Origin: Malacoraja senta
Taxonomy: Eukaryota
Direction: 5' to 3'
DNA length: 64,000 nucleotides
Assembly: GCA_038087875.1 (NCBI GenBank)
Contig: JAXLNO010004250.1
Coordinates: 1-64,000, forward strand
Under the pieces are notes generated by a model. It was not told the origin of the DNA. It saw nothing but the letters and a program-made list of their open reading frames with translations, and made no database searches. The stretch's first letter is position 1, and each line of letters begins with the position of its first letter. Both the position numbers and the translations under genes were made by a program. This document shows positions 12,843-25,229 of the stretch, piece by piece.

Positions 12843-13328
12843 GAGGGATAGCAGTGGTCAATACTGTAATATCTCAATTGTGTTGATCTACAGTGAGAAG
12901 TCAAGGTACAGGCACCTTCACAAAGGGACAGGATATTAAGCGTGCGGGGATATTCTGACCCATGGAGTAAAATTGCAACACGACCAACTCATTGTAAAGA
13001 TATCGGTTGCCATCAGAAAGTACTGAGGCCAATAATAGCTAAATAGTTGCAGCATTTCCAGCGTTTTCTGATTTTGTTTCAGATTTCCAGCATCTGCACG
13101 AGAGAGACGGGAGACTGCAGATACTCGAATCAGGAGCAACAACAATTTCTTGGGAAGAGATTAAACTGGGTGATGAGGAAATGGCGGGGCAGTTTCTGGA
13201 AAGGCGATATAAATGGAAGGAAGGGAGCTGGTTAGGATGGGGGTCAGAAGCACTGCGGTGAGGGTTACCTGATATTAGAAAATGTGGATGTCCATTCCAC
13301 TGTGGGCAACGCAGGTGGTCAACGAGGT

Positions 13329-13519
13329 AGACACAACATGCTGGAGAAACTCAGCGGATGAGGCAGCATCTATGGAGAGAAAGAATTCAGACTGAAGAAG
13401 GGTCTCGAGCGGAAACGTCGCCAGTTCCTTCTCTCAATAGATGCTGCCTCACCTGCTGAGTTTCTCCAGCATTTTGTGTCTACCTTCGCTTTTACCAGCT
13501 TCTGCAGTTCTTTCTTGGA
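13329..13519. mobile_element. Inverted dimer of a Penelope-derived short repeat with a hammerhead-like core, 9-bp TSD
   Basis: CAACGAGGT at 13320-13328 and 13520-13528. Arms of about 60 bp (13327-13386 versus about 13425-13485) are reverse complements. Core ctgaagaagggtctcgagcggaaacgtc at 13392-13419. Confidence 0.7.
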
Positions 13520-13654
13520 CAACGAGGTGTTGCCTCTCTAGTTCTCACTGTCCCCCCTGGCGACACAGCAGGGCATGGGCGGGACGGGAGGGTCACTGTG
13601 GCTTGTAGCTGGGAGCTCACAGTGGCCACTGGTGCAGAGTCCTACTCTGTGCTG

Positions 13655-13931
13655 TTTAGTTTAGAGATACAGCTCGGTAACAGGCCCTTCGGCCCACCGA
13701 GTCCATGCCGACTAGCGTACACTAACACTATCCTATACACAATGGACAATTTACACTTAATCCAAGCCAATTAACCAACAACGCTTTTGGAGTGTGGGGG
13801 GAAACCGACGATCTTGGAGAAACCCAACGCAGTCACGGGGAGAACGTACAAACTCCGTACAGACAGCACCCGTAGTCAGGATCGAACCCGTGGTCTCCGG
13901 CGCTGAGAGGCAGAAACTCTACCGTGCCGCC
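13655..13931 (-). mobile_element. tRNA-derived HE1/V-SINE-like element with CR1-type tail
   Basis: Reverse complement starts ggcggcacggtagag, has a B-box-like gggttcgatcctgac, and the central V-SINE-like segment also seen at 63524. Confidence 0.75.
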
Positions 13932-14079
13932 GATGTAGAGGAAGCTCCCTCTTGGCCCACCGTTGCAGCTTTTACTGTTTCGGCAGGAGTTTAAAAATCA
14001 GATCCGTTTCTTCCCACTCTCTCAATTCCTGGTTCAGTTCCATGAATCTGTTCCCAGCAGTAACACATGAACCGTTTCA

Positions 14080-14700
14080 GCGCAGTTTGTCGCCGCCGCC
14101 GGCCCAGAGTTTCACACAGTGTAGCAGCAAGTTCCCTTCTTGTAATCGCGGCCACATCCCGCCCGCCCGCCCGTCACAGACTGAACGTGACCACTGGGAT
14201 TAAACACATCCCGGTGACCGGCCAGCGCTCCCGAGGTGTCACCGACTGCCGCCCCCCTCCCTCCCTGACCCGCACCGGCTCTCCCGAGCGACCAGACTTC
14301 GGAAACCTACCGGGGCTGGAACCGAGCCGTACCCCGGGGGCAGTGGGCCGGGCCGGGCCGGGACAGCGGGGATTCCCTTTCACCGAATGCCGCTGGCAAA
14401 CAGGTGAGTGATCGATCGCTTTGTCCCAGCGGCTCCGGCGCCGTGAGTTGTCCCGGATCCCCACTCACCTGATCAATCCCCGCCCGCCCGCCCGGCGCGG
14501 CCGCTTCCCCTCCCTCCCTCCCTCCGGCCGGGACCCTCCTTGTCCCCGGGGGCCGAGTCTGTCACCGGCGCCCAGCAACAGCGCGGAGTAACCGGCGTCA
14601 GACAGAGCGCTTTCTTCAGCCTGGAGTCCGGGACTCCCGCAGGGGAACGGCGGCCGCCGGGGGAGAGACAGAGAGGGAGGGAGAGAGAGAGAGAGAGAGA
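14080..14700. promoter_or_regulatory. CpG island, probable promoter/first exons; its 3' part is duplicated at 1-60
   Basis: High GC and CpG density. Plus-strand donor CAG|GTGAGT at 14401-14409 and minus-strand donor CAG|GTGAGT at 14471-14463. Confidence 0.6.
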
Positions 14701-15043
14701 GAAATCCTCTCAAGTTTTCATAAAATGGAAGGCAGAAATGGGCGGGGTGGAGGAAGTAAAACCGGGTGAGGTTTCCTCAAAGCGGCCCCCTCCCCCCCGG
14801 AGTCTTGCAAAACTGGTTCTAGTTGATCAGTACGCATCGTCAAGTCAAGTTTATTCGTCACATACGCATACCAGATGTACAGTGAAATGAAAAGTGGCAA
14901 TGCTTGCGGATTGTGCAAAAAAACAAACTACAAACAGAATGGAACAGAATCAGTAATTACATATTTGTGGGAGAGAAAAAAGTACAAGTAACTTTGAGGG
15001 TATGAGACGTGAATTGGCCAAGATAGACTGGCAATTGGTTCTT

Positions 15044-18000
15044 TTTTTTAAATTTTTTATTTGTATTTTATTAGAAGCACATTACATTACAACCACATAC
15101 ATTAGTACTTGTCATTTATATCTTCTTACAATTAATGTACTCCATTTATTTTTTACACTAGAAAAGGAAAAGATTGAAAGAAAGAAGAAAGTGAAGGAAA
15201 AAGTGAAAGTGTAGGAAATGTGACAACAAAAAAGGACGAAGGCCCTATAAGAGCAAAATTAAAAACAAAAGAAAAAGAGTTAAGAAATAGACCCTAGGAA
15301 AGAAAGAAAGAGAGAAAGAGGAAAAAGAGAGAAACAAATATTTTTATGAGCATTACGTAAATGGGACATACCAGCTCTTCAACTGTCATCCCCCCTTACC
15401 TGACCTCAATTTTTTTTTTTAAAGTACTTTTGCACCCTATGTTTGTAATAATTCTATAAATGCAGACCATGTCAGGTGGAAGTGATCTGGTTTACCTGCT
15501 AGGAGGAGTCTTATCTCTTCTAGGTGTAATGTTTCAAACATATTTGAAATCCACATATTTATAGTTGGTACTGGAGCCTTCTTCCAAAATTTTAGAATTA
15601 GCTTTTTTCCAGTTATTAACCCATAGTCCATTAGTTTCTTTTGAAACACATTTAGATCTGGACCATCTTCCGTTATACCGAAGATAATCCATTCTGCTTT
15701 GGGTATCAGTCTTGTTTTAAATAACTTTGTAAAGATTTCAAAAATTTAATTCCAAAATTTTTGAATTTTTGTACAAGAAACGAATGAGTGCGTTATGGTA
15801 GCTTCTTGGGATTGACATTTATCACAAATAGATGATACATTTGGGAAAATTTTATGAATTTTAGTTTTCGAATAACATAATCTATGTAAAATTTTAAATT
15901 GTATTAAAGTGTGTCTTACATTAATCGAACATTTATGCATGTTTAATAAGTATTCATTCCAACTTTCCTTTGAAATTTTAATAGTTAACTCTTGTTCCCA
16001 GTCTCTTCTGATACCCTCCGTAGATGGTATTTGTGCATTTAAGATAATATTATACAAATATGATATTAAGTTTGCTGATTCCGCTTTTATCTGCATTGCC
16101 TCGTCCAGTACATCTGCTGGGTTATTATGATGATCTTTTGTATATTTTTTCTAATAGTCGCATATTTGAAAGTATTTAAAATATTGATTATTTCCGAGTT
16201 TATATTTTATTTGTAATTGTTGAAATGAAAGTAATTTTCCAGTTTCATACAAGTCACCAAGCGTTTTAATTCCTAATCTATCCCATTGTGTATAAGCTTT
16301 ATCTATAATAGAAGGATTAAACGAAGGGTTATTGACTATAGGTAATAAAAGTGATAAATTTCTTAATTTTAAATTTTGTTTTATTTGTTTCCAAATTCGG
16401 ATTGTACTATGAATAATTGGGTTCTTATTATAATTTATGTTATTCAATTTCATTGGAGAGAGGAGGATCGCTCCAATGTTTCTAGAGGAGCAATCCTCTT
16501 TCTCCATTACAATCCAGTCCGCTTGCTGGGCGGAGTTATCCATCAGTTGAATCATATTTTTAATATTTACTGACCAATAATAATACATAAAATTAGGTAG
16601 TGCTAAACCCCCTAATAATTTAGGTTTATTCAGATGAGTTTTTTGTATTCTATGTGATTTATAGTCCCATATAAAATTAGTGATATCCGAGTTGAGTTTT
16701 TTAAAAAACCTCTTTGGTAAGTATATAGGAATTGATTGAAATAGGTATAAAATTTGTGGTAAAAAGATCATTTTTATTGCGTTTATTCGGCCTATTAAAG
16801 ACATCGGGAGCGTTTTCCAGAATTTAATTAGTGTGTTTAATTTATTAAGTAAGGGGTCAAAATTTGCCCTAAACATACCTTGATATGATCTGGTAATTTC
16901 GATTCCCAAATATTTAAATTTTTCTGTAGCTATTTTAAAAGGGAATTTTAAAAGATGTGTTGAATCTTTCGGTTTTATTGACATAATTTCACTTTTATTC
17001 CAATTTATTCTATATCCAGAGAAAGATCCAAAATCTTCAATTAAATTTAATATATTTGGTATAGTGATTTGAGGTTTTGTAATGTACAGTAATATATCAT
17101 CCGCGTATAAAGATATTTTATTATATGAATCTTTAGTATTATATCCATGGATATCAGGGTGTATTCTAATTTTTTCTGCTAGCGTTTCAATAATGAGAGC
17201 AAACAGTTGTGGTGATAATGAGCATCCTTGTCTATTTCCCCTTGATAGTTGGAATTTCGAGGATATGTTATTAGTTAGTATTCTAGCTGTAGGTTTGTTA
17301 TATAGTAACTTGATCCATAGAATAAAATTCTCCCCCAGTTGAAATTTTTGTAATACTTTGTCCATATAATTCCATTCTACTTGATCAAATGCTTTTTCAG
17401 CATCCAGCGAAATAATTGATAATTCTTGATCTTCAGATTTGTGTGAGTGCATTATGTTGAGTAGACGTCTCATATTGTTAGATGAGTATCTCTTAGGGAT
17501 AAACCCCGTCTGATCTGGGTTTATTAATTTACTAATGTATTTACTTAATCTTCTAGCTAATGTTTTCGCTAATATTTTTTGATCTGTGTTTAACAATGCT
17601 ATAGCTCTATATGAACCAGGTTCTTCTAAGTCTTTATTTTTCTTAGGTATTAATGTAATCGTTGATTCCGCTAATGTATCAGGTAGTATTCGTTTTTTTA
17701 AAGCATATTGGTACATTTTTTGTAATCTTGGTATTATTTTATCGTAAAAGCTTTTATAAAATTCATTAGTAAATCCGTCAGGGCCTGGTGTTTTTCCATT
17801 CTTTAGTGAGTTTATTGTATCTTCTAATTCCTTAATTGAAATTTGTGCACCCAGTTCCTCTTGTTCCTTCAGTTCTAACTTTGGAAGATTACAGGTATCC
17901 AAGAACTTTGTGATATTATTGGAATCAATTGTCGCTTTAGATGTATACAAATTCTCATAAAATTGCGCAAATCTATTATTAATATCCTTTGGTGTTGTTA

Positions 18001-20657
18001 ATAATTCCCCTTTATCTGATTTGATCTTTGGTATAGTATGTTCCTTTTCTCGTTTTTTTAGCTGGCGAGCCAAAAGTTTATGCGGTTTATCCCCAAATTC
18101 AAAGTGCTCTTGTTTTGTAATTTGAAAAAGTCTTATAAGTTTGGCAGATAATAATTTATTTAATTTAAATTTCAAAATTATTATTTTATTATGTTTATCT
18201 ATTGATGGATCTTTAGCATTATCTATATCCATTTGTCTAATAAGTTCTTCTAACTGTCTTTGTTCATTCTTATTCTTTTTATTTTGAAAAGCTTGATATG
18301 AAATTATAATACCCCTAATGTATGCTTTAAAAGATTCCCATAATACAGTAGGCGATATATCTGAAGTATCATTTATTTGAAAAAAGACCTCCATTTGTTC
18401 TTTTAAATATATACTCGCTTGTGGATCTTTTAGAATTTGAGAATTAAATTTCCAAAACGATTTATTCTTAGACAATCCTTCCAGTTTTAAAAAGAAAGTT
18501 AGTGGAGAATGGTCTGAAATCGAGTTTGTGTGGTATATTGCATTAGATGTTTGGGGGATTAATTTTGTATCCAGCAGAAAGTTGTCTATACGTGAGTATG
18601 TCTTATGTACCATTGAGTAAAACGAGTATTCCCTGCCAGTTGGATTAACAATTCTCCAAACATCTGCTATATTAGTGTTGTTTATATAGGTATTGAGAAG
18701 TTCCCCGGTTTTCGATTTCATATTCCCTCTCTGTTTTTGACTTGATTTATCTAAGTACGGATCTAAAACACAGTTAAAGTCTCCTCCTATTATAACATTT
18801 TGATAGTTTGACTCTGCAATTATGTTGAAAATTTTATTAAAAAAGTGGGGGTTATCAAAGTTAGGGGCATATATATTTACCAAAGTAAGTGGAGTATCAT
18901 GGATTTCTCCATTAACTATTAGGTATCTCCCTTCTATATCTGTTATAATATTCTTTGCTTTAAATGGTATACCTTTTCTTATGATGATTGACGTGCCTCT
19001 AGATTTTGAAGTAAATGAAGAGTGGTATGTTTGACCTATCCATTTCGCCCTCAACCTAACTTGATCCTGAGATTTTAGGTGTGTTTCTTGTAGGAAGATA
19101 ATGTCGGAGTTGTACAATTTCAGCTGAGCTAGTATCTTACCCCTTTTAATAGGTTCGTTAATACCTCTTATATTCCAACTACAAAATGAGATTCCTCCTA
19201 GGTTCTTTTGTGTGGTGTCATGCATTTTGAATAATTATAGTACCTTTAAATCTTGTGGTGCATCCAAATCCCAGGTCTTTAGGTATTGGGGGAGCTTTTG
19301 AGTTTTTAAGTTTTGCTGTTATGTCCATTTTACGCTTATCACTATACACAAAACACAAACAAGTGATTTTATGTGATAAAAAAAAAACCTATAAAAGTGA
19401 AGATACAGTGTCTGATGTAGTTGGCACTGTAACGAGTGTCCCACCTGTAGGTGGGAAAAAACCTTGTTTTGACTTCCATTGCGTTGTTACACAAATAGCT
19501 CCGCTCTCTTGGTTAATCATAACATATTATAATATTAAAACGGGGCCTCACATTCAAATATATAATACACTTTTATATATATCGGAATTTTAACTACTGA
19601 TTATTAAACCGATACTTTTGACTTCAATAAGAATCAACTGATGGTTGAAGGGGTTAACGAGACGTGCCCCTGGACCTAAGCCAGTTGCTCGTTTCTCATC
19701 CCCTCCTCCCACTTATAGATAAGGTTTCAGTTTATTAAAAATTCATATTAGTATGTTAGTTCGTTATTTTTTATTTTTATTTTTATTAGTATTCTAATCT
19801 AACATGCATAACTTATTAAGTTGTTAATAGGATAAGTTCTTACAATTGGTTATAATATTATAATCTAATAAGCAATTATATGCTTTCTGGTATATACCAT
19901 TGCCATCTGTTCAGTTGTTTACTCGTTTTGAACAGAAAGTGTCCTTGATTCAACATTCCGAAGATAACAGTCTAACTATCCCCAGACAAAGCATTGCTTA
20001 AAATGGTTCAGATCTCCCTTTCCTTTCTATTTTTCAACGATAGTTTGAGCATATTTAAACGCTTCTTCAGGCTTAACAAATGACTTTTCAAGACCCTTAA
20101 AAGAAATACGCATTTTCGCGGGATAAAAAATCCCAAATCTGATCCCTTCTCTCCCTCTTAAAAGATCTTTAACCTTCTCAAATTTGTTTCTTTTTTGCAC
20201 AATTTCATACGGGTACTCCCTGAATATCTTAATAGTATCATTGTCTAGCCGCAGTTGCACACCGTATTTGATTTTACTCATAACATCTTCCAGTTCTAAA
20301 ATGTCCCGAAATTTCACAATAATATGTCGTGGATAAGTTTTTCCCGCACCAAATCTTTGTTTAAATCTTGGGACACGATGAGCCACTTCGATTTTCGGTT
20401 CTTTGGAAAGATTCAGCAGTTGTTTAAGCAAGCCCATGGCAAACTCACGTACATCCTCCCCTTCGGCTCCCTCTGAAACTCCAAGAATTCTCAAATTCTG
20501 GCGTCTAGAGCCAGCTTCCAGGTCCAGGCATTTGACTGAGACTTTCTCCTGTTGAGTCACCATCTGTAGTGAAGTTTGTTCGTTTTCTCGCCTCATTTGC
20601 TCATGTTCTTGCCTCATTTTCGCCATGTCTTCAACCATTCGAGCCGTGTTTTTCTCC
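15044..20657 (-). mobile_element. 5'-truncated L1 (duplicate), TSD 15030-15043 / 20658-20671
   Basis: GGCAATTGGTTCTT on both sides; ORF2 and ORF1 remnants as in copy 1. Confidence 0.95.
16151..19225 (-). CDS. L1 ORF2p, 1024 aa open to a premature stop; C-terminal Cys-rich part continues after further stops
   Basis: Complete EN and RT domains; continues in ORFs 15746-16096 (ICDKCQS...HSFVSC) and 15437-15649. Confidence 0.9.
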   Translation of the reverse strand: MHDTTQKNLGGISFCSWNIRGINEPIKRGKILAQLKLYNSDIIFLQETHLKSQDQVRLRAKWIGQTYHSSFTSKSRGTSIIIRKGIPFKAKNIITDIEGRYLIVNGEIHDTPLTLVNIYAPNFDNPHFFNKIFNIIAESNYQNVIIGGDFNCVLDPYLDKSSQKQRGNMKSKTGELLNTYINNTNIADVWRIVNPTGREYSFYSMVHKTYSRIDNFLLDTKLIPQTSNAIYHTNSISDHSPLTFFLKLEGLSKNKSFWKFNSQILKDPQASIYLKEQMEVFFQINDTSDISPTVLWESFKAYIRGIIISYQAFQNKKNKNEQRQLEELIRQMDIDNAKDPSIDKHNKIIILKFKLNKLLSAKLIRLFQITKQEHFEFGDKPHKLLARQLKKREKEHTIPKIKSDKGELLTTPKDINNRFAQFYENLYTSKATIDSNNITKFLDTCNLPKLELKEQEELGAQISIKELEDTINSLKNGKTPGPDGFTNEFYKSFYDKIIPRLQKMYQYALKKRILPDTLAESTITLIPKKNKDLEEPGSYRAIALLNTDQKILAKTLARRLSKYISKLINPDQTGFIPKRYSSNNMRRLLNIMHSHKSEDQELSIISLDAEKAFDQVEWNYMDKVLQKFQLGENFILWIKLLYNKPTARILTNNISSKFQLSRGNRQGCSLSPQLFALIIETLAEKIRIHPDIHGYNTKDSYNKISLYADDILLYITKPQITIPNILNLIEDFGSFSGYRINWNKSEIMSIKPKDSTHLLKFPFKIATEKFKYLGIEITRSYQGMFRANFDPLLNKLNTLIKFWKTLPMSLIGRINAIKMIFLPQILYLFQSIPIYLPKRFFKKLNSDITNFIWDYKSHRIQKTHLNKPKLLGGLALPNFMYYYWSVNIKNMIQLMDNSAQQADWIVMEKEDCSSRNIGAILLSPMKLNNINYNKNPIIHSTIRIWKQIKQNLKLRNLSLLLPIVNNPSFNPSIIDKAYTQWDRLGIKTLGDLYETGKLLSFQQLQIKYKLGNNQYFKYFQICDY

Positions 20658-21201
20658 GGCAATTGGTTCTTGAAGGGTTGACGGTGGATATGCAATGGAA
20701 GGCATTTAAAGACTGCATGGATGAACTACAACAATTGTTCATCCCAGTTTGGCAAAAGAATAAATCACGGAAGGTAGTGCATCCGTGGATAACAAGGGAA
20801 ATCAGGGATAGTATCAAAACAAAAGATGAAGCATACAAATTAGCCAGGAAAAGCAGCCTACCAGAGGACTGGGAGAAATTCAGTCCAGCAGAGGAGGACA
20901 AAGGGCTTAATTAGGAAAGGGAAAATAGATTATTAAAGAAAACTGGCAGGGAACATAAATACTGAGTGCAAAGGTTTTTATAGATATGTGAAGAGAAAAA
21001 GATTAGTCAAAAACAGGTGAATTGATCATGGGGAACAAGGACATGGCAGACCAACTGAATAACTACTTTGGTTCTGTCTTCAATAAGGAAGACATAAATA
21101 ATCTGCCGGAAATAGCAGGGGACCGGGGGTCAAATGAGATGGAGGAACTGAGTGAAATCCAGGTTAGCTGGGAAGTGGTGTTAGGTAAATTGAATGGATT
21201 A

Positions 21202-23696
21202 ATTCAGATTCAGATTCAACTTCATTGTCATTGTGCAGTGTAGAGTACAGAGAAAACAAAATGCAGTTAGCATCTCCCTAGAAGAGCGACATGAATATGA
21301 GCAGTAAATAAATGTAATAAATCCTGGTGGGAGGAGTGTCCCGGGGGGGGGGGGGTGATTGGCAGTCACCGAGGTACAGTGTTGAGTGGTGTAACTACCG
21401 CAGGGAAGAAGCTGTTCCTGGACCTGCTGGTCCGACAACGGAGAGACGTGTAGCGCCTCCCGGATGGTAGGAGGGTAAACAGTCTGTGGTTGCGGTGAGA
21501 GCAGTCCTTGGCGATGCTGAGCGCCCTTCGCAGACAACGCTTGCTTTGGACAGACTCAATGGTGGGGAGTGAGGAACCGGTGATGCGTTGGGCAATTTTC
21601 ACCACCCTCTGCTGTGCTTTCCGGACGGAGACAGAGCAGTTGCCATACCATACTGTGATGCAGTTGGTAAGGATGCTCTCGATGGTGCAGCGGTAGAAGT
21701 TCACCAGAATCTGAGGAGATAGATGGACCTTCTTTAGTCTCCTCAGGAAGAAGAGACGCTGGTGAGCCTTCTTGATCAGAGTTGAGGTATTGTTGGTCCA
21801 AGAGAGGTCATCGGAGATGTTGACCCCCAGGAACCTGAAGCTGGAAACACGTTCCACCTCCGTCCCGTTAATGTGGATGGGGGTCTGTGTGCCGCCCCTA
21901 GACTTCCTGAAGTCTACAATGAGCTCCTTGGTCTTCTTGGAGTTAAGGGCCAGGTTGTTGTCAGCGCACCATGCTGCTAAGAGCTGGACCTCCTCCCTAT
22001 TGGCCAACTCATTGTTGTTGCTGAGGCCAATCACCGTTGTATCATCTGCATACTTGATGATGGTATTAGTACCATGTACAGGTGTGCAGTCGTAGGTGAA
22101 GAGGGAGTAGAGGAGGGGGTTCAGCACACAGCCCTGTGGAACGTCGGTGTTCAGGGTGAGGGTTGAAGAGGTGTGCTTGTCTAACCTAACAGACTGTGGT
22201 CTGTTGGTTAGAAAGTCCAGTCTCCAGTTGCAGAGGGAGGGGTCGATGCCCAGGTCACCGAGTTTGGTGATCAGTTTAGAGGGTATGATGGTGTTGAATG
22301 CTGAGCTGTAATCGATGAACAGCATTCTTACGTAAGTGTCTCTGTTGTCGAGGTGGGAGAGGGCGGAGTAAAGTGCCGTTGAGATGGCATCCTCCGTACT
22401 CCTGTTCTTGCGGTAGGCAAACTGATAGGCATCCAATGTGGGGGGTAGGCAGCCTTTGAGGTGTGCCAGGAGCAGCCTCTCGAAGCACTTGGCGATGATG
22501 GGAGTAAGTGCAACTGGGCGGAAATCGTTGAGGCTTGCCGCAGTGGAGTGTTTTGGCATGGAGGTGGATTTAAGGCACGTGGGCACAACTGCTTGGGCAA
22601 GTGACAGGTTGAAGATGTCAGTCCAGAGGTCTGTCAGCTGTGCAGCACAGGCCCTGAGGACGCGCCCGGGGATGCCGTCGGGGCCAGCAGCCTTACGTGC
22701 ATTAGTCCTACTCGGTGCCACGTACACGTCGTAGGGGGTGAGTGAGAGGGGCTGGTGATCGGCAGGGAGCACAGCCTTGATGGCCAACTCCAGATTGTCC
22801 CTGTCGAAGCGGCCATAGAAGTGGTTGAGCTCCTCAAGGAAGGAGGCGTTGCTGGATGTGGGGGTGGTGTTGGTGGGTCTATAGTCCGTGATGGCCTGGA
22901 TGCCTTGCCACATGCGTCGGGGCTCGGAGTTGTTGTTGAAGTGCTCCTCAATCCTGAGCTTATGGCAGTGCTTGGCCTTCTTTATGCCCTTCTTCAGGTT
23001 AGCCCTGGATGAACTATAGGCTCGTGCATCGCCTGACCTGAAAGCGGTGTCCCGTGCTTTCAGCAGTAGCCTGACCTCGCTGTTCATCCATGGCTTCTGA
23101 TTCGGGAATATGGTCACCCGTTTGAGGGAGGTGACACTGTTGATGGTGGAGTTTATAAAGTCCAGAACAGAGGATGTATAGGAGTCAATGTCCGTGTGGG
23201 AGTCAAGGGTGGCCCGGGCTGCAAACGCCTTCCAGTCAGTGTTTCCAAAACACTGCTGAAGTGTGGAGTCCGCCTCCTCTGACCAGACTTTAACTGTCCT
23301 CACAGTGGGTTTAACCCGCCTGATGAGTGGGGAGTACTTTGGGAGCAGGAACAATGAGAGGTGATCAGACTGTCCAAGGTGGGGGAGGGGGGCGGCTTTG
23401 TAAGCTTCAGCCATGTTGGTGTAGACTTTGTCCAGTGTCTTGTCTTCTCTAGTGGCGAAAGAGACATGTTGGTGGAATTTGGGGAGTACAGTCTTCAGGT
23501 TGGAGTGATTGAAGTCACCCACAACAATGAAGGCTGCCTCGGGCTTGTGAGTGTTGTTTGCTAATGGCAGTATGCAGATCTTTCATTGCAAGCTTGGCAT
23601 TAGCATCAGGAGGAATATAGGCTGCAGTCACAACAGTGGAGGTAAACTCTCTGGGCAGATAGAATGGTCTGCATCTAACCAAGATGCAGACCGTTC
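21202..23696 (-). mobile_element. Rex1/Babar LINE (duplicate), ORF 21366-23522
   Basis: 718-aa ORF nearly identical to 6722-8878. Confidence 0.9.
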
Positions 23697-25229
23697 TAAA
23701 GGCCAATACATCCCCAGGGCCAGATAGGCTGCATCCCAGAGTACTTAAGGAAGTAGCCCCAGAAATAGTGGATGGATTAGTGATAATTTTTCAAAACTCT
23801 TTAGTTCTGGAATAGTTCCTGAGGATTGGAGGGTAGCTAATGTAACACCACTTTTTAAAAAAGGGAGGGAGAGAGAAAACGGGGAATTACAGACCAGTTA
23901 CTCCAACATCGGTAGTGGGGAAACTGCTAGAGTCCGTTATTAAAGACGGGATAGCAGCACATTTGGAAAGTGGTGAAATCATTGGACAAAGTCAGCATGG
24001 ATTTATGAAAGGTAAATCATGTCTGACGAATGGATGTGTTATATCTGGACTTTCAGAACGCTTTCGACAAGGTCCCACATAAGAGATTAGTATGCAAACT
24101 TAAAGCACACGGTATTGGGGGTTCAGTATTGATGTGGATAGAGAACTGGCTGGCAGACAGGAAGCAAAGAGTAGGGGTGAACGGGTCCTTTTCAGAATGG
24201 CAGGCAGTGACTAGTGGGGTACCGCAAGGCTCAGTGCTAGGACCCCACTATTTACAATATATATTAATGATCTGGATGAGGGAATTGAATGCAACATCTC
24301 CAAGCTTGCGGATGACACGAAGCTGGGGGGAAGATTTAGCTGTGAGGAGGATGCTAGGAGGCTGCAAGGTGACTTGGATAGGTTGGGTGAGTGGGAAAAT
24401 GCATGGCAGATGCAGTATAATGTGGATAAATGTGAGGTTATCCACTTTGGTGGCAAAAACAGGAAAGTAGACTATTATCTGAATGGTGGCCGATTAGGAA
24501 AAGGGGAGATGCAACGAGACCTGGGTGTCATGGTACACCAGTCATTGAAAGTAGGAATGCAGGTGCAGCAGGCAGTGAAGAAAGCGAATGGTATGTTAGC
24601 ATTCATAGCAAAAGGATTTGAGTATAAGAGCAGGGAGGTTCTACTGCAGTTGTACAGGGTCTTGGTGAGACCACACCTGGAGTATTGCGTACATTTTTGG
24701 TCTCCTAATGTGAGGAAAGACATTCTTGCCATAGAGGGGGTACAGAGAAGGTTCACCAGACTGATTCCTGGGATGGCAGAACTTTCATATGAAGACAGGA
24801 TAGACTCGGCTTGTACTCGCTAGAATTTAGAAGATTGAGGGGGGATCTTATAGAAACGTACAAAATTCTTAAGGGGTTGGACAGGCTAGATGCAGGAAGA
24901 TTGTTCCCGATGTTGGGTAAGTCGACAACAAGGGGTCACAGTTTAAGGATAAGGGGGAAGTCTTTTAGGACCGAGATGAGAAAAACATTTTTCACACAGA
25001 GAGTGGTGAATCTGTGGAATTCTCTGCCACAGAAGGTAGTTGAGGCCAGTTCATTGGCTATATTTAAGAGGGAGTTAGATGTGGCCCTTGTGGCTAAAGG
25101 GATCAGGGGGTATGGAGAGAAGGCAGGTACAGGATACTGAGTTGGATGATCAGCCATGATCATATTGAATGCCGGTGCAGGCTCGAAGGGCCGAATGGCC
25201 TACTCCTGCACCTATTTTCTATGTTTCTA

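Larger units (their letters stand above)
14645..23803. repeat. Tandem segmental duplication, copy 2
   Basis: Same order of elements and nearly identical sequence to 1-9160. Confidence 0.92.
14989..25228 (+). mobile_element. CR1 LINE host of copy 2 (pieces about 14989-15043, 20658-21201, 23697-25228)
   Basis: Same nesting as copy 1. RT-region ORFs 24030-25140. CR1 tail ttctatgtttct at about 25217-25228. Diverges from the copy-1 CR1 after 23803. Confidence 0.88.

Noticed and set aside
12251-12904. Pro/Ser- and Gly/Glu-rich ORFs (also 34685-35976)
   Set aside because: They are translations of low-complexity G- or GA-rich tracts, partly across N gaps.
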